From Chrysemys picta bellii (taxonomy: Eukaryota), in the NCBI RefSeq assembly GCF_011386835.1, contig NC_088791.1, positions 348,874,001 through 348,938,000 on the forward strand: a stretch of 64,000 nt of DNA. The letters are read 5' to 3'. Below are positions 48,657 through 60,572 of this stretch, piece by piece. The notes under the pieces were generated by a model. The model ran no database searches. It was not told the origin of the DNA and saw only the letters and a program-made list of their open reading frames with translations. The position numbers and the translations under genes were made by a program. The stretch's first letter is position 1. Each line of letters opens with the position of its first letter.

Positions 48657-49686
48657 AGTAGCGAGGCGGTGGGATACCCCACAGCCCCACTGAGGGCCGA
48701 ACCTCCCCTAACACCAACGTGGGCGGCGCCACCGTGTCCGGCGCCCGCCCCTCAGAGGGCACGGCGCCGACCCGGAAGCCCGCCTGCAGAGCTCAGTGGA
48801 GAACAAGCCGCCGGAGAGAGCAGACGTCTGTGGCCGAGCTCCCGCTTGGGAGACAGCAGCAGGCCGCGACCGGCCTGCTGACTCACCAGGCCAGCCGAGC
48901 CTACCCCTTGCCCATTACCCCGAGGAGGACTGGCCAAGCCTGCCCCTTTCCAGCTACCCCGAGGAGGGACCGAGCCGGCCCCTTTCCAGCTACCCTGAGG
49001 AGGGGCCGAGCCTGCCCCTTTCCAGCTACCCCGAGGAGGGGCCGAGCCTGCCCCTTTCCAGCTATCCCGAGGAGGAGCCGAGCCTGCCCTTCGCTACCTA
49101 CCCGGAGGAACCGAGGCTGGTGGAGACCACCGAGGACACTAGTATGGCCCAGGTACCCTACGAGGGGGAGTGTGGAAGTAGCCTGGGGGCAGCCAACCCC
49201 AGTCTGGCTGCTGCACTGCCAGAGCCAATGTCAGTATGTTGCGGCCAGGATCCCCACTGACAGCAGTGAGTTTCTGCCGCTGCTAGGGCCCCGGGCTGGG
49301 ACGCAGTGGAGTGGGAGGGCCCGCGTCCCCCCTGCCACCCACTCCTTGGGTGGCAGACTCCCCCTTCCTCCTGGCCTAGAGAGGCTGGGACCTCTTGCTA
49401 TAAACATTGACTCAGCCCCTGCTTAAGGGCCTGGGTTCCCGAACTACTGACTCAGCCCCTGCTTGAGGGCCTGAGCTCCAGACTGCGTGATTGCTGCCCC
49501 GCCCTGATTGAGGGCCTGGGGCTTTTTCTGACCTATTGGCTCAGCCCCTGCTTAGGGGCCTGAGCCCCTAACCGTGTGTTTGCTATCCCAGACTGCCGCT
49601 GGACCAGGACTGACGGCGGACCAGAGCGAGGCGGTGGAATACCCCACAGCCCTGCTGAGGGCCAAACCTCAGCAGAGACTATTACA
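48657..49686 (+). mobile_element. ~1-kb LTR-class element with an internal 36-bp minisatellite
   Basis: 5-bp TSD ACCCC (48652-48656 and 49687-49691); ends TACA; 36-bp repeats (SLPLSSYPEEGP in one frame) at ~48900-49110. Confidence 0.6.
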
Positions 49687-50339
49687 ACCCCCTTGTGCCC
49701 ACTAAACACTGACATCAGCTTAACTCTAGAGGGCAGTGTCTGGTGGTACACGGTTGAATTACGTACAAGATGGCATCTTCTCTTTTGAAAACGAAATAAG
49801 GGATTTCAGACCCGACGAGGGTTTTTTATGGAACTTGGTAACATCAGAACAACAAAACGCTGCTCTGAATTGTTCTGAGCGCCTGGTGAGTGGATTGGAG
49901 ACACTCTTCTGAGAGGTTCCCGGCTAATTTAGTGCATTCCCCACATCCCCTCTTCTCTAGATTTCTGAATTCCGAAGCATGTTCTTCAGACAGAACCCTA
50001 AGGAAATCACCAGGCCTCAGTCAAGGCATGCAACACGAGCTTTGTATTTCACCACGTTCAGGCAAAAATCCTGTGTCTCCGAATATGTCTGGGAATTCAT
50101 ATGTGACTGCCTAGTCAGTGAGGTCTGGGTTTCCTGGTTCTACTGTTCTGATTTTTACTGGCTGGCAGAGCAAACCATCTGAAACAAAGCGGTCAGTGCC
50201 GACCTGGATAATCCCCTGCAGAAATGGCCTCTTTTTCCTCCAGGTCACCTACCCACAGTGTGCTCACCGCAGCCTTCCCATGCTATCCCCCTGCATCCGC
50301 CCTGCAGTCTCCGTGTGTACTCAGTTTATGTGTTTATTT

Positions 50340-50572
50340 CAAGGCTTTCGGCACCTGTTTCCAACCTTAGCGCCATCTTAGTGGTCTACACACCAGTGGT
50401 CCTCTCCTCAATAATTCACAGGTTCGGCCACCAAGTCCCCCCACACGTACACATCCTGCTGGCCAATTTCTACCTCCTCTTTCCTCCCATGATGAACCCC
50501 ATTGTGTACGGTGTGAAAACCAAACAGATTCGTGACCGGGTGCGTCTCCTGTTCCGAGGGAAAAGCTTCTAG
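50340..50572 (+). pseudogene. OR52-like 3' remnant (TM6-TM7 only; OR5)
   Basis: Starts at c aaggctttcggcacc (KAFGT), then lacks 2 nt relative to paralogues, then ...[29 protein letters not shown]. No TM1-5 upstream. Confidence 0.93.
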
Positions 50573-51116
50573 GCTGACCAGGCGGGGGCTGCTGAGTGAT
50601 CAGGAAGCAGAGGATGCAGGAGAGGTTTTCTGAGTAACTTAGACAGCATGTTTGTGGGGGCTTTGTGTAAGCTGGGATGGGAACTCCACCTCCGACGCAC
50701 AGCAAGCTATACACCGTCCCCTACACAAGCTTAGGGCTGCTGGCCAGAAGGTGATCTTGGCCATGACCTTTTTCTCACTCAGTCCTGTGTGTGGCGTGTG
50801 AAGGAGTGTGAAGAGGAGTGTGAAAGCTCCTTGTACCTTCTCGTGCTTTGCAGGAACATCTGGCCTTTATTACTGACACGCCCAGCCACAGCCACGGTTG
50901 TACATGCAGCAGGAACAAATACTGTATCTGCCCCGATGTTCCATCAGATCTGAGATGCAGCAACACATCCTGGGCCATTTAGGCACCAGAATAAGTGCTC
51001 AGTGCTGGGCTCTTCTGTCCCAAACGTGCCACCATGGAAGCTGCTGGTGCCAACCTTTTCTATGGGAAATCTGGCCTTAGTTGTGGTGTCTGAACATTTG
51101 AGAGTCTGTCCCCAGT

Positions 51117-51492
51117 AAGAGTTTATTGAACTAGCTTAAATCTTCATTTCATAAAGCAAGCAAGTAAAAGTGCTCACGTGGGGTATAGCCCTGGAGAGGA
51201 GAGACAGTAGCATTGATATGAATCCTAGGCAGAGAGCCTGGAAGCAAGCGAACTTAGATTTCAAATGCTCTGATGAACAGAGATACTAGAAGGGTTCTGT
51301 TACGTGACTTGTTTAAATATTTTATGAGTCTTCTCTCTCCCGCTTCCTCTGGACATTTTTTGTTTGATTTTTTTCTTCTTGGTTTTTCCCTCTAATATAA
51401 AATACAAATTATTTACGAGCGCGTTTTACTCTTTATTTCTGGAAATAGAACACAGCTCAGATCTCATATTATTTTAGCACTGTACACCCGGC
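51117..51492 (-). repeat. Inverted copy of ~47217-47598
   Basis: agagtttattgaactagcttaaatc is the reverse complement of gatttaagctagttcaataaactct; colinear over ~380 bp. Confidence 0.88.
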
Positions 51493-52711
51493 CCCCCTGA
51501 ACAGGTCGAGTCACAGCCCCCACCAAACGTACCTCTATAGAGACACAAGTCTCTCACCTCCCACCTGGGGAGTAAAGTCAGCAGGGGGTCATTAGGAGGT
51601 ATAAATACTCTCACCCAGTTGATCCCGGCTGAGTGCAGAGTCCTGCAGTTTGTGTGTGACTTCAGCATGTGCTGAGGGAAGGAGACGCAGCCAGGGTTCA
51701 GGTGAGCTGGGGCAGTTTAGATTAAAGCTAATCCAGGATCTTTCTAAATAGGAGATTTTTAAAGTAAATGTAAAGCTTGGGACGAAATCTGCTGTCAATT
51801 ACACTTGTGGAAACCTGGAATGATTCTGGATTCACACCCGTATTAGTGAGAGCAGAGTGAGGCTGGTCATTTAGAAGAGAACTATTTAATTCCATCAAAA
51901 GACAAAAAAATGATGTGAAGAAAGCACTGAGTATTCCAAAAATCAGGGGTGTTTGGGTTACACACAGAGCCATAGTTCTCTCCCCTGGTGCAATTGCATT
52001 GTGAGAGATTCTCTATTGTGTAACTCTGTTCTCATGGGAGATTTCAGTCTGGGGGACATATGTTTTGGCAGAGAGGCAAGTAATGATTAGGACAGGGCAG
52101 TCCTATAAAACGATCTCAATTGCTTGCTAAACTGGGTTCACTTGAGCAACGTGCAGTTGATTACAACTAAATGCGAGGTCCTACATCGAGGAACCAAGGC
52201 TGTAGATCATACTTACAGGATGGGGGGCTCTGTTTTAGAAAGCACTGACTCAAAAGAGAACTCGGAGTGATGATGTGTAACCAGCTGTATATGAGGTCCC
52301 AGTGCAGTGTGGTGATGGAGACAACAAGTGACCTCCTTGAATGTACAAGCAGGGGAATAGGAAGTGGAAATAGAGAGGTGTGAAGCTTGGTGAGACCATC
52401 ATTGGGCACTGTTTCTAGGTCCGGTGTCCACACTTCAAAAAGGTTGTTAACAGATTGAAAAGGGTTCAGAGCAGGTGATCAGAATGGTCCCTTCTTGCCT
52501 TAAAATCTATGACTCTATAATTATTTGATCACAATTTTTTTCTCAGTTCATGAAATAATTAATAATTTTTTCTACAACCTTACGTCAGTATGGCTTGTAG
52601 CAGCTTGTAATAATTTTCCCTTTGTGAAAATAGTCTCTGCATTTCTGTTCATTTGGACTTTTTATATCATAACATTTCTTCTCTCCAAAGTCTGTTTTGA
52701 ATACATGTGAC

Positions 52712-53848
52712 TTTTCTTAAGAGGCTTTGGTGATGGACCTTGTCAAAGGCTTTCTGAAAGCCCAAATACACTATAGCCACTGGATCACCCCTGTCCAGAT
52801 GTCTGTTGACCTCCTCAATGAATTCTACTAGATTGGTGAGGGATGATTCTGTTCTTTATTATCATTTCAACCTATTCGCCTGGCTCCGAAGTTAGGCTCA
52901 CTGGGCTGTAATTGCCGGATCACCTCTGGAACCTTCTTTAAAAATTGGCATCACATTTGCTATTTGTCAGTCATCTGGTACAAAGGCTGATTTAAGTGAT
53001 AGGTCACATACCCGGGTTAGTAGTTCTGCAATTAGATATTTGAGTTCCTTTAGAATTCCTGGGTGAATCCCATGTGGTCCTGGTGACTTATTACTGTTTA
53101 ATTTATCAGTTTGTTCCAAAACCTCCTCTGCTGACACCTGGGACAGTTCCTCAGATTTGTCACCTAAAAAAAACAGCTCAGTTATCCCAGAAGTCGGTGG
53201 GGAGTTCTTCCCCTGACTTCAATGGGAGCGGGATCAGACTCATAGGTTCTTTGGCTATGTCTACGCAGCGAGCGGCAGTCAGTCTCACAGCTCGGGTTGA
53301 CAGATGCAGGCTTGTGCTTCTCGAGGATAGCTGTGTAGATGTTGAGGCTCAGGTTCTGAAGCTGAGATCAAAATAGCACTACTCATGCATGTTCCCGATG
53401 TACTACGTACATCCAGGCTGAAAACCCAGAATGTGCTGCTGAATGTACCAGGCACATCTTGCTACATGCAGCTTAACATGCCAGGTATTTCTAGGCTGAA
53501 AGCATGTTCCGTGCGGCCAGATATACTAGGTACTTCACGGGAGAATGCACACTAAACAATATGCATCTTCTAGTAGCAAGATACACCAGGTAGGATATTT
53601 GTAACCAAGTGGGGTTCATAACTCATGACTTGTAATAACATTCTAAGAACTTTAAATGATTTTGCACAGAAAAATATAAGGGTTTGTATGATTAGTATTG
53701 CAACATGACTGATGAACTCAGAAAGAGGTCAATCCACTTCTTCCAGAGCTGAGACTGGCCCCTAGCATATATTTAATTTACAGGGTCTGTTCATTTCATG
53801 TGTTATGTTTTATTGAAAGGAAAGACATTGATCTGAGACTTGCAAAAG
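52712..53848 (+). repeat. Upstream block shared by OR4 and OR6
   Basis: Aligns with ~43050-43971 (CR1 remnant, MITE remnant, unique proximal upstream sequence). Confidence 0.85.
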
Positions 53849-54811
53849 ATGCCACAACAAGACAACCTGTCAGGTTCCAACAGCACAGGCTCTGATCCAT
53901 CAGTGTTCTTCCTGACAGGCATCCCGGGGCTGGAATCTCTGCACCTCTGGATCTCCATCCCCTTCTCCTCAGTGTTCACCATGGCCCTTCTAGGAAACTG
54001 CACCCTCTTGTATGTTATCAAGACAGAGCCCTCCCTACACAAGCCCATGTTCTATTTCCTCGCCATGCTGGCCGTCATTGACCTGGTTTTATCCATAACA
54101 ACTGTGCCGAAAATACTGAGCATCTTCTGGTTTAATTCCAGGGAGATCAGCTTTAACGGCTGCCTGGTGCAGATGTTTTTCCTTCACTCGTTCTCCATCA
54201 TGCAGTCTGCTATGCTGCTGGCCATGGCCTTCGACAGGTACGTGGCCATCTGCAACCCCCTGCGGTACGCCACCATCCTGACCAATTCAGTGATAGCAAA
54301 GATTGGGCTGGTGGCTTCGGCTCGGGCTGTTCTGCTAATGCTCCCTCTGCCCTTCCTCCTCAGGAGGCTGCCCTACTGCGGGTCCCACATCATCTCCCAT
54401 TGCTACTGTGAGCACATGGCCATGGTCAATCTGGCTTGTGCCAACACCAGGTTCAATAACATCTATGGGATCATTGTTGCTCTCTTCATTGTGGGGCTGG
54501 ATCTGATGTTCATCTCCCTATCGTATGTCAAGATCCTAAGGGCTGTCTTAAGCCTGGCATCCAAGGAAGAGCAGCTCAAGGCTTTTGGCACCTGTGTTGC
54601 CCATCTTTGGGCCATCTTAGTGGTCTACACACCAGTGATCCTCTCCTCAATAATTTACAGGTTCGGCCACCAAGTCCCCCCACACGTACACATCCTGCTG
54701 GCCAATTTCTACCTCCTCTTTCCTCCCATGATGAACCCCATCGTGTACGGTGTGAAAACCAAACAGATTCGTGACCGGGTGCGTCTCCTGTTCCGAGGGA
54801 AAAGCTTCTAG
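53849..54811 (+). CDS. OR52-like: Class I olfactory receptor, OR52 family-like (OR6), 320 aa, ORF intact
   Basis: ATG at 53849 (MPQQDNL); all OR motifs present; MQS instead of LES/MES in TM3. Confidence 0.95.
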   Translation: MPQQDNLSGSNSTGSDPSVFFLTGIPGLESLHLWISIPFSSVFTMALLGNCTLLYVIKTEPSLHKPMFYFLAMLAVIDLVLSITTVPKILSIFWFNSREISFNGCLVQMFFLHSFSIMQSAMLLAMAFDRYVAICNPLRYATILTNSVIAKIGLVASARAVLLMLPLPFLLRRLPYCGSHIISHCYCEHMAMVNLACANTRFNNIYGIIVALFIVGLDLMFISLSYVKILRAVLSLASKEEQLKAFGTCVAHLWAILVVYTPVILSSIIYRFGHQVPPHVHILLANFYLLFPPMMNPIVYGVKTKQIRDRVRLLFRGKSF

Positions 54812-57800
54812 GCTGACCAGGCGGGGGCTGCTGAGTGATCAGGAAGCAGAGGATGCAGGAGAGGTTTTCTGAGTAACTTAGACAGCATGTTAGTGGGGGC
54901 TTTGTGTACACTGGGATGGGAACTCCACCTCCGACGCACAGCAAGCTATACACCGTCCCCTACACAAGCTTAGGGCTGCTGGCCAGAAGGTGATCTTGGC
55001 CATGACCTTTTTCTCACTCGGCCCTGTGTGTGGAGTGTGAAGGAGTGTGAAGAGGAGTGTGAAAGCTCCTTGTACCTTCTCGTGCTTTGCAGGAACATCT
55101 GGCCTTTATTACTGACACACCCAGCCACAGCCACAGAGGTGCATGCAGCAGGAACAAATGCTGTATCTGCCCCGATGTTCCATCAGATCTGAGATGCAGC
55201 AACACATCCTGGGCCATTTAGGCACCGGAATAAGTGCTCAGTGCTGGGCTCTTCTGTCCCAAACGTGCAACCATGGAAGCTGCTGGTGCCAACCTTTTCT
55301 ATGGGAAATCTGGCCTTAGTTGTGGTGTCTGAACGTTTGAGAGTCTGTCCCCAGTAGTTGAACCCTACCACACAGCAGCACAATGCACCAGGTCGAGAGA
55401 GGGGGGCGAGGAAAGGTGTATCTGCCTCAAAGAGCACTTCCAAAATCCCCAAATCCTTACCAGAATGATCTCAGGCACAAAGTATTTAAAGTTCACTTTC
55501 TGATACTGACAATAAATTAATGAAACAGAGTGTTGTGTGTGTGTGTGTGTGTTAATGAAATACTTGGGAAAAAGTCTTGCTCTATTTTGCTATCACCTTT
55601 GTTCCTGTTGCCTAATATATGCTGGATAACATATAGATATATATCACATTCGTAATATGTATTGTCTGCATAATATATATATACACTAGTAGTATGCATT
55701 AACTACCAATAATATTAACTACAAATATTGTAGCGAAAGAACTAGATAAGTTAAAAAAAGAACTAGATAAGTTCATGGAGGATAGCGTCATCAATGGCTA
55801 TTAGCCAGGATGGGCAGGGATGGTGTCCCTAGCCTCTGTTTGCTAGAAGCTGGGAATGGGCGACAGCGGCTGGATCACTTGATGATGACCTGTTCTGTTC
55901 ATTCCCTCTGGGACACCCGGTATTGGCCACTGTCGGAAAACAGGATACTGGGCTAGCTGGACCTTTGGTCTCACCCACTATGGCCGTTCTTCTGTTCTTA
56001 ACAGTGATATCGCTGAAACAGCCTATGCCATAATCCTGTTCATTCACTTAAGCTTAGTATCCCATAATACCTTCATTTGGCACAAGCAGACATGAAACTT
56101 GTCAAAATGTGTCACTTGTCAAATCATATATAATAGCAGCTGAAATTTGTAACAGGGGGAGCGCCCCGTCAGTGTAAGGGGAATGCCACATAGCCCCACA
56201 GGCCGACTTTTTGGAGACTGGTATCATATTGAACCTTGTTCCTGTGCCATATTAATAAACCTGCCTGACACTGGTTATTTGGGCTCTAGAGTCTATTTCA
56301 TAACAAAATAAGGAACCAAAGTGTGGTCAAACGGTACAATTTATCAACAATTCCAGACAGTTTGAATCACCACCCATAGATATCGCTGCAGAGATCCTGT
56401 GGCCCATTTTCCCTGGAAAGCTTCTGATTTCTGGCACCCTGTGGGGTAGCACAAAGAGAAATGGTCTCTCGGCCTCAGCGACATAGCTCCTGCCTGAGGC
56501 CCTTTCCCCATAGTGCCAGGGGGCATGGGTGGAGTTTGTAGGATTATGGGGGGTGCTGCCCCCAAACTGCACACGTTGCTAGTGGGGGGGCACAATTTAA
56601 AGGTTCAGCCGCCTCTCCCGCCTAGCCACAAGGCACCCGGCACTGCCATGTACACCTGAGAAGGGGACAGCGATGAGGAGTCCTGTGCCAGCAGCCGGCC
56701 CCAGACTCCCTGCTGGTGGGGCGGTGTCCGGTGACGGTCCCCGCCCAGGCCAGAGGAGCCCTGCGTCTGCGGTGGGTGGCAGAGGGCAAAGCAGAGCTGC
56801 CGGGGGTGGGCGAGGAGAAGGGGCCGGCCCCGAGAGGAGGTGGTTGCCAGGTGGCAGGAGGGTTCATGGCTGTTCCTTCTCCGAGCTGCCGCACCCCATC
56901 ATCCGTGGCTGTTGGGTCCCCTGGAGTATCGGCGCTGCTGCCCCCCAGGGGCTGGGGCTGGGCAGTGACACTCTGTTTCCAGCTGGACAATGCCGTGATC
57001 TGGACCAACATAGGTAACAGCCGGGCCTGGCATGAGTGTGTCCCTCTGCCCAGCACTGGTGGCCCCTGTGTCGTTCCCGGGCGGGGGGTGCCTGTGAGGT
57101 GCACCAGGTTACTGGGAGGTGCCTGCGGCAGGGCTGCCGGGTGATGACAGGGTTACTGCCAGGTGTCCGGTTTTGACCGGCATGTCCGGTCGGAAAGGGG
57201 AAGCTCTCAGCGACCGGACCGCACCGCTGCAGTAACCCGCCTCTGCCACCGGGGTGTGGGAAGAGCAGCAGCTGGGCTGGCGTCTGGAGAGACTGGGCTG
57301 CTCCCGGCACAAAGTAGGTACCGGCGCTGGCCGGGGAGGGAACCTGTCAGACCCCCCCTCCCACCCTCTGTGCCCCGATTCCCCCACCCCGCTGCGCCCC
57401 GATTGGGCAGGCTCCTCATCAGCTCCTCCCAGCCCGGCTCTGCAGGTGGCACGTGAGTCCCGGGGGGTGGGGGAATGAGCGACGGGGGGAGATACAGGCG
57501 GGGCAGTGGGCGGAGCCTCGGGGAAGAGGTAGGGAGGGGCGGGGCCTCAGGGGAAGGGGTGTGGCAGAGACGTTCGGTTCCCAGGCATTAGAAAGTTGCC
57601 AAGCCCCGGTGACGAGCTCCAGGCACACAGCGGGTTGCTAAAGTGCAGGGTGTTGGCAGGGTCTGGCTGTAGCGCCTGCCTGGTCCCGTTGCCCGAGGAG
57701 CTGCACACGCCCTTCAGCCCAGGGAGGCCAGGCTGGTGCTCACAGCCCCTTCCCATTTGGTCCGGCTGAGGGGGGGATGGGTTGCCGGCCTGGTGGGCGA

Positions 57801-58591
57801 GGCGGGAGGGGGCCACTATCAACCTGCATATATTTGTAGTGGGGGGGGCACAATGTAAAGGTTCGGCCACCCCCAAACAAGTCGAGTCACCTCCTCGCCC
57901 CAGGCAGGCCCCTCTCTTACCCTCCCTCTCCCCCCCGGAAAGAAGCGTCCCTCGCCCTGCGGTGCCCAGCTGTAGCTCCTGCCTCTCCCCACGGGATGCA
58001 GCATGCAGTTCTCCTGGCCTCTGAGCTCACTTGACTGGCCTGGCTCCGGCCAGCCGCCTCACAGGGATGGGGCCCGGCGGCACCATGTGACCGAGCACGG
58101 GGCTGGCTCTGAGTCAGCAGGAAACCCACACGCAGGAGTGGGGCAGAGCCAGCCCCACCCCGAGCTCCTGGAGGCTGGGTGCTTTCCAGCCATGGCTTCC
58201 AAGGGCCCTCTCCCCACCCCAGCTCTGGACACTGAACATTAGCCACCGTGTGGCCATGGTTAAATCCCCTCTCTCCCCACCCCCCGCCGGGTCCTTATGC
58301 AAGACCCGAACAGACACCAGGGCAGGTGCCCGGCACCACGGGACAGCAACAACCCCACAGTGGGCCCTGCACTGCAAGCCTGGGGCAGGGGCGGAATTTG
58401 TCCCCCAAGGGTGGCCCCTTGTCCTGGCTGGAGCTGCCCCCAAATATTGAAGTCAAACTATGGCTATGCAGGGGGCCCTTCTTCCTACCCAAAGAGGAAG
58501 TGGTAGCAGCTGCAATTGTGTAGTGTTGCTGCTTATGTTCCACCCCAGAGCTGGCTGCATGTCTGCAATGGGGGAGTGGGTCCATCTAGAA

Positions 58592-59035
58592 CAGGGGTGG
58601 CCAACCTGAGCCTGAGAAGGAGCCAGAACTTACCAATGTACGTTGCCAAAGAGCCACAGAAATACGTCAGCAGCCCCCCGTTCAGCTACCCGCCCCTCCT
58701 CCCAGCGCCTCCCGCTCACCGGCAGCCCCGCCGATTAGCGCCTTCCCCTCCCTCCCCACACCTCCCAATCAGCTGTATCCTGGCATGCAGGAGGCTCTGG
58801 AGGGGAGCGGGGAGGAGCGAGGACACGGCAGGCTCAGGGGAGGGTGCGGAACGGGTGGAGTGGGGGCAGGGCCCGTGGCAGAGCCAGGGGCTGAGAGTGA
58901 CCCCCCCCACCCCCCGGCACATTGGAACGTTGGCGCCTGTAGCTCCAGCCCCGGAGTCGGTGCCTATACAAGGAGCCTCATATTAACTTCTGAAGAGCCG
59001 CATGTGTCTCCGGAGCCACAGATTGGACACCCCTG
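58592..59035. mobile_element. hAT (Charlie-type) MITE
   Basis: TIRs caggggtggccaa / ttggacacccctg; 8-bp TSD atctagaa / ttctagaa; empty site gtctagaa at 38077-38084. Confidence 0.88.
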
Positions 59036-59887
59036 TTCTAGAATGAGGTTTGGGGGATTCTTCTGGATAAAAGAGGCCACGTATATGTAAGATGTCATTA
59101 TCCATCTCTTCCCCAAACCAGTGTTCAGTTGTCTTCATAGTCCAAGCAAAGCCCTAACACTCACTTGCTGTGACTCTCTAGGCTCCAAAGCGGATGTACC
59201 ACTGTAGTGACCCAAGTCTCTCACCTCCCACCTGAGGAGTAAAGTCAGCAGGGGGTCATTAGGAGGTATAAATACTCTCACCCAGTTGATCCTGGCTGAG
59301 GGGAGAGTCCTGCAGTTTGTGTGTGACATGTGCTGAGAGGGAAGGAGACGCAGCCAGGGTTCAGGTGAGCTGGGGCAGTTTAGATTAAAGCTAATCCAGG
59401 ATCTTTCTAAATAGGAGATTTTTAAAGCAAATGGAATGCTTGGGGCCAAATCTGCTGTCAGTCACCCTGGTGTAAACCTGGAATGATTCTGGATTTACAC
59501 CCGTATCAGTGAGAGCAGAGTGAGGTTGGTCATTCAGAAGGAAACTATTTAATTCCATCAAAAAACAAACAAACAAACAAACAAACAAAACGATGGGAAG
59601 ATTCCACTGAGTGTTCCAAAACATCCGGGATGTTCGGGTTACACACACAAAGCCACACTTCTCTCCCCTTGTACTTCTCTCCCTTTCACTGTGAGAGACT
59701 CTTTACTGTGTGTCTGCGTTATCATGGGAGATTTCAGTCTGGGGGTCATATGTTTTGGCAGAGAGATAAGTAATGATTAGGACAGGGCAGTCCTATAAAA
59801 CGATCGCAATCGCTTGCTAAACTGGGCTGACTTGAACAACCTGCAGATGCTTACAACTAAATGTGAAAAATGTATAAGCAGGGGATT

Positions 59888-60572
59888 CTGTCTGGCTACT
59901 CCATTGTTGTACCTGAAAGGCTGGTTTTGGGTGTTTCCAGCCTCACATCACATTTTAGTAACTCACATAACAAGATTTCATAGTGTCACATAACATGATC
60001 ACACATACGAGCCAGCGAGATATCTTTGTTTAGCAGATCTAGACTTCTAGAATGATACCTCACAAGGCATGCTTTGTACAAAACGTATCATAATTCCATC
60101 ACCAAGGTAAATGTGGGGTGCTTTGGGGTGCAGTGTCACAATTGTGTCTACACAGAGGTTTTTTCTGGCATGGCTATGTCTGTCAGGGGTGTATATTTTT
60201 CACACTCCTGACTGGAATAGTTGTCTACACTACACAGGTTTGTTGGCACAGTTATTCCACTCAGGAGTGTGAAAAATTCACACCTCTGACAGACATAAGC
60301 CATGCCAGGAAAACCCCTGTGTAGACACAATTGTGACACTGCATCCCAAAGCACCCCACATTTACCATGGTGATGGAATTATGATACGTTTTGTACAAAG
60401 CATGCCTTGGGAGATATAATTCCGCTAAACGGTGATATCTCCCTGGCTTGTATGTGTGATCATTGTATGTGAAGCTATAAAATCGTGTTATGTCTGAGTT
60501 ACTAAAATGTGATGTGAGGCTGGAAACACCCAAAACCAGCCTTTCAGGTATGTCAAAGGAGTAGTCAGACAG
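59888..60572. repeat. Fold-back inverted repeat
   Basis: 59888-60224 is the reverse complement of ~60250-60572, with an asymmetric ~25-nt centre. Confidence 0.9.

Noticed and set aside
48900-49110. Regular repeats suggestive of a CRISPR array or repeat protein
   Set aside because: Head-to-tail 36-bp minisatellite with no unique spacers, inside a TSD-bounded element in a vertebrate genome.
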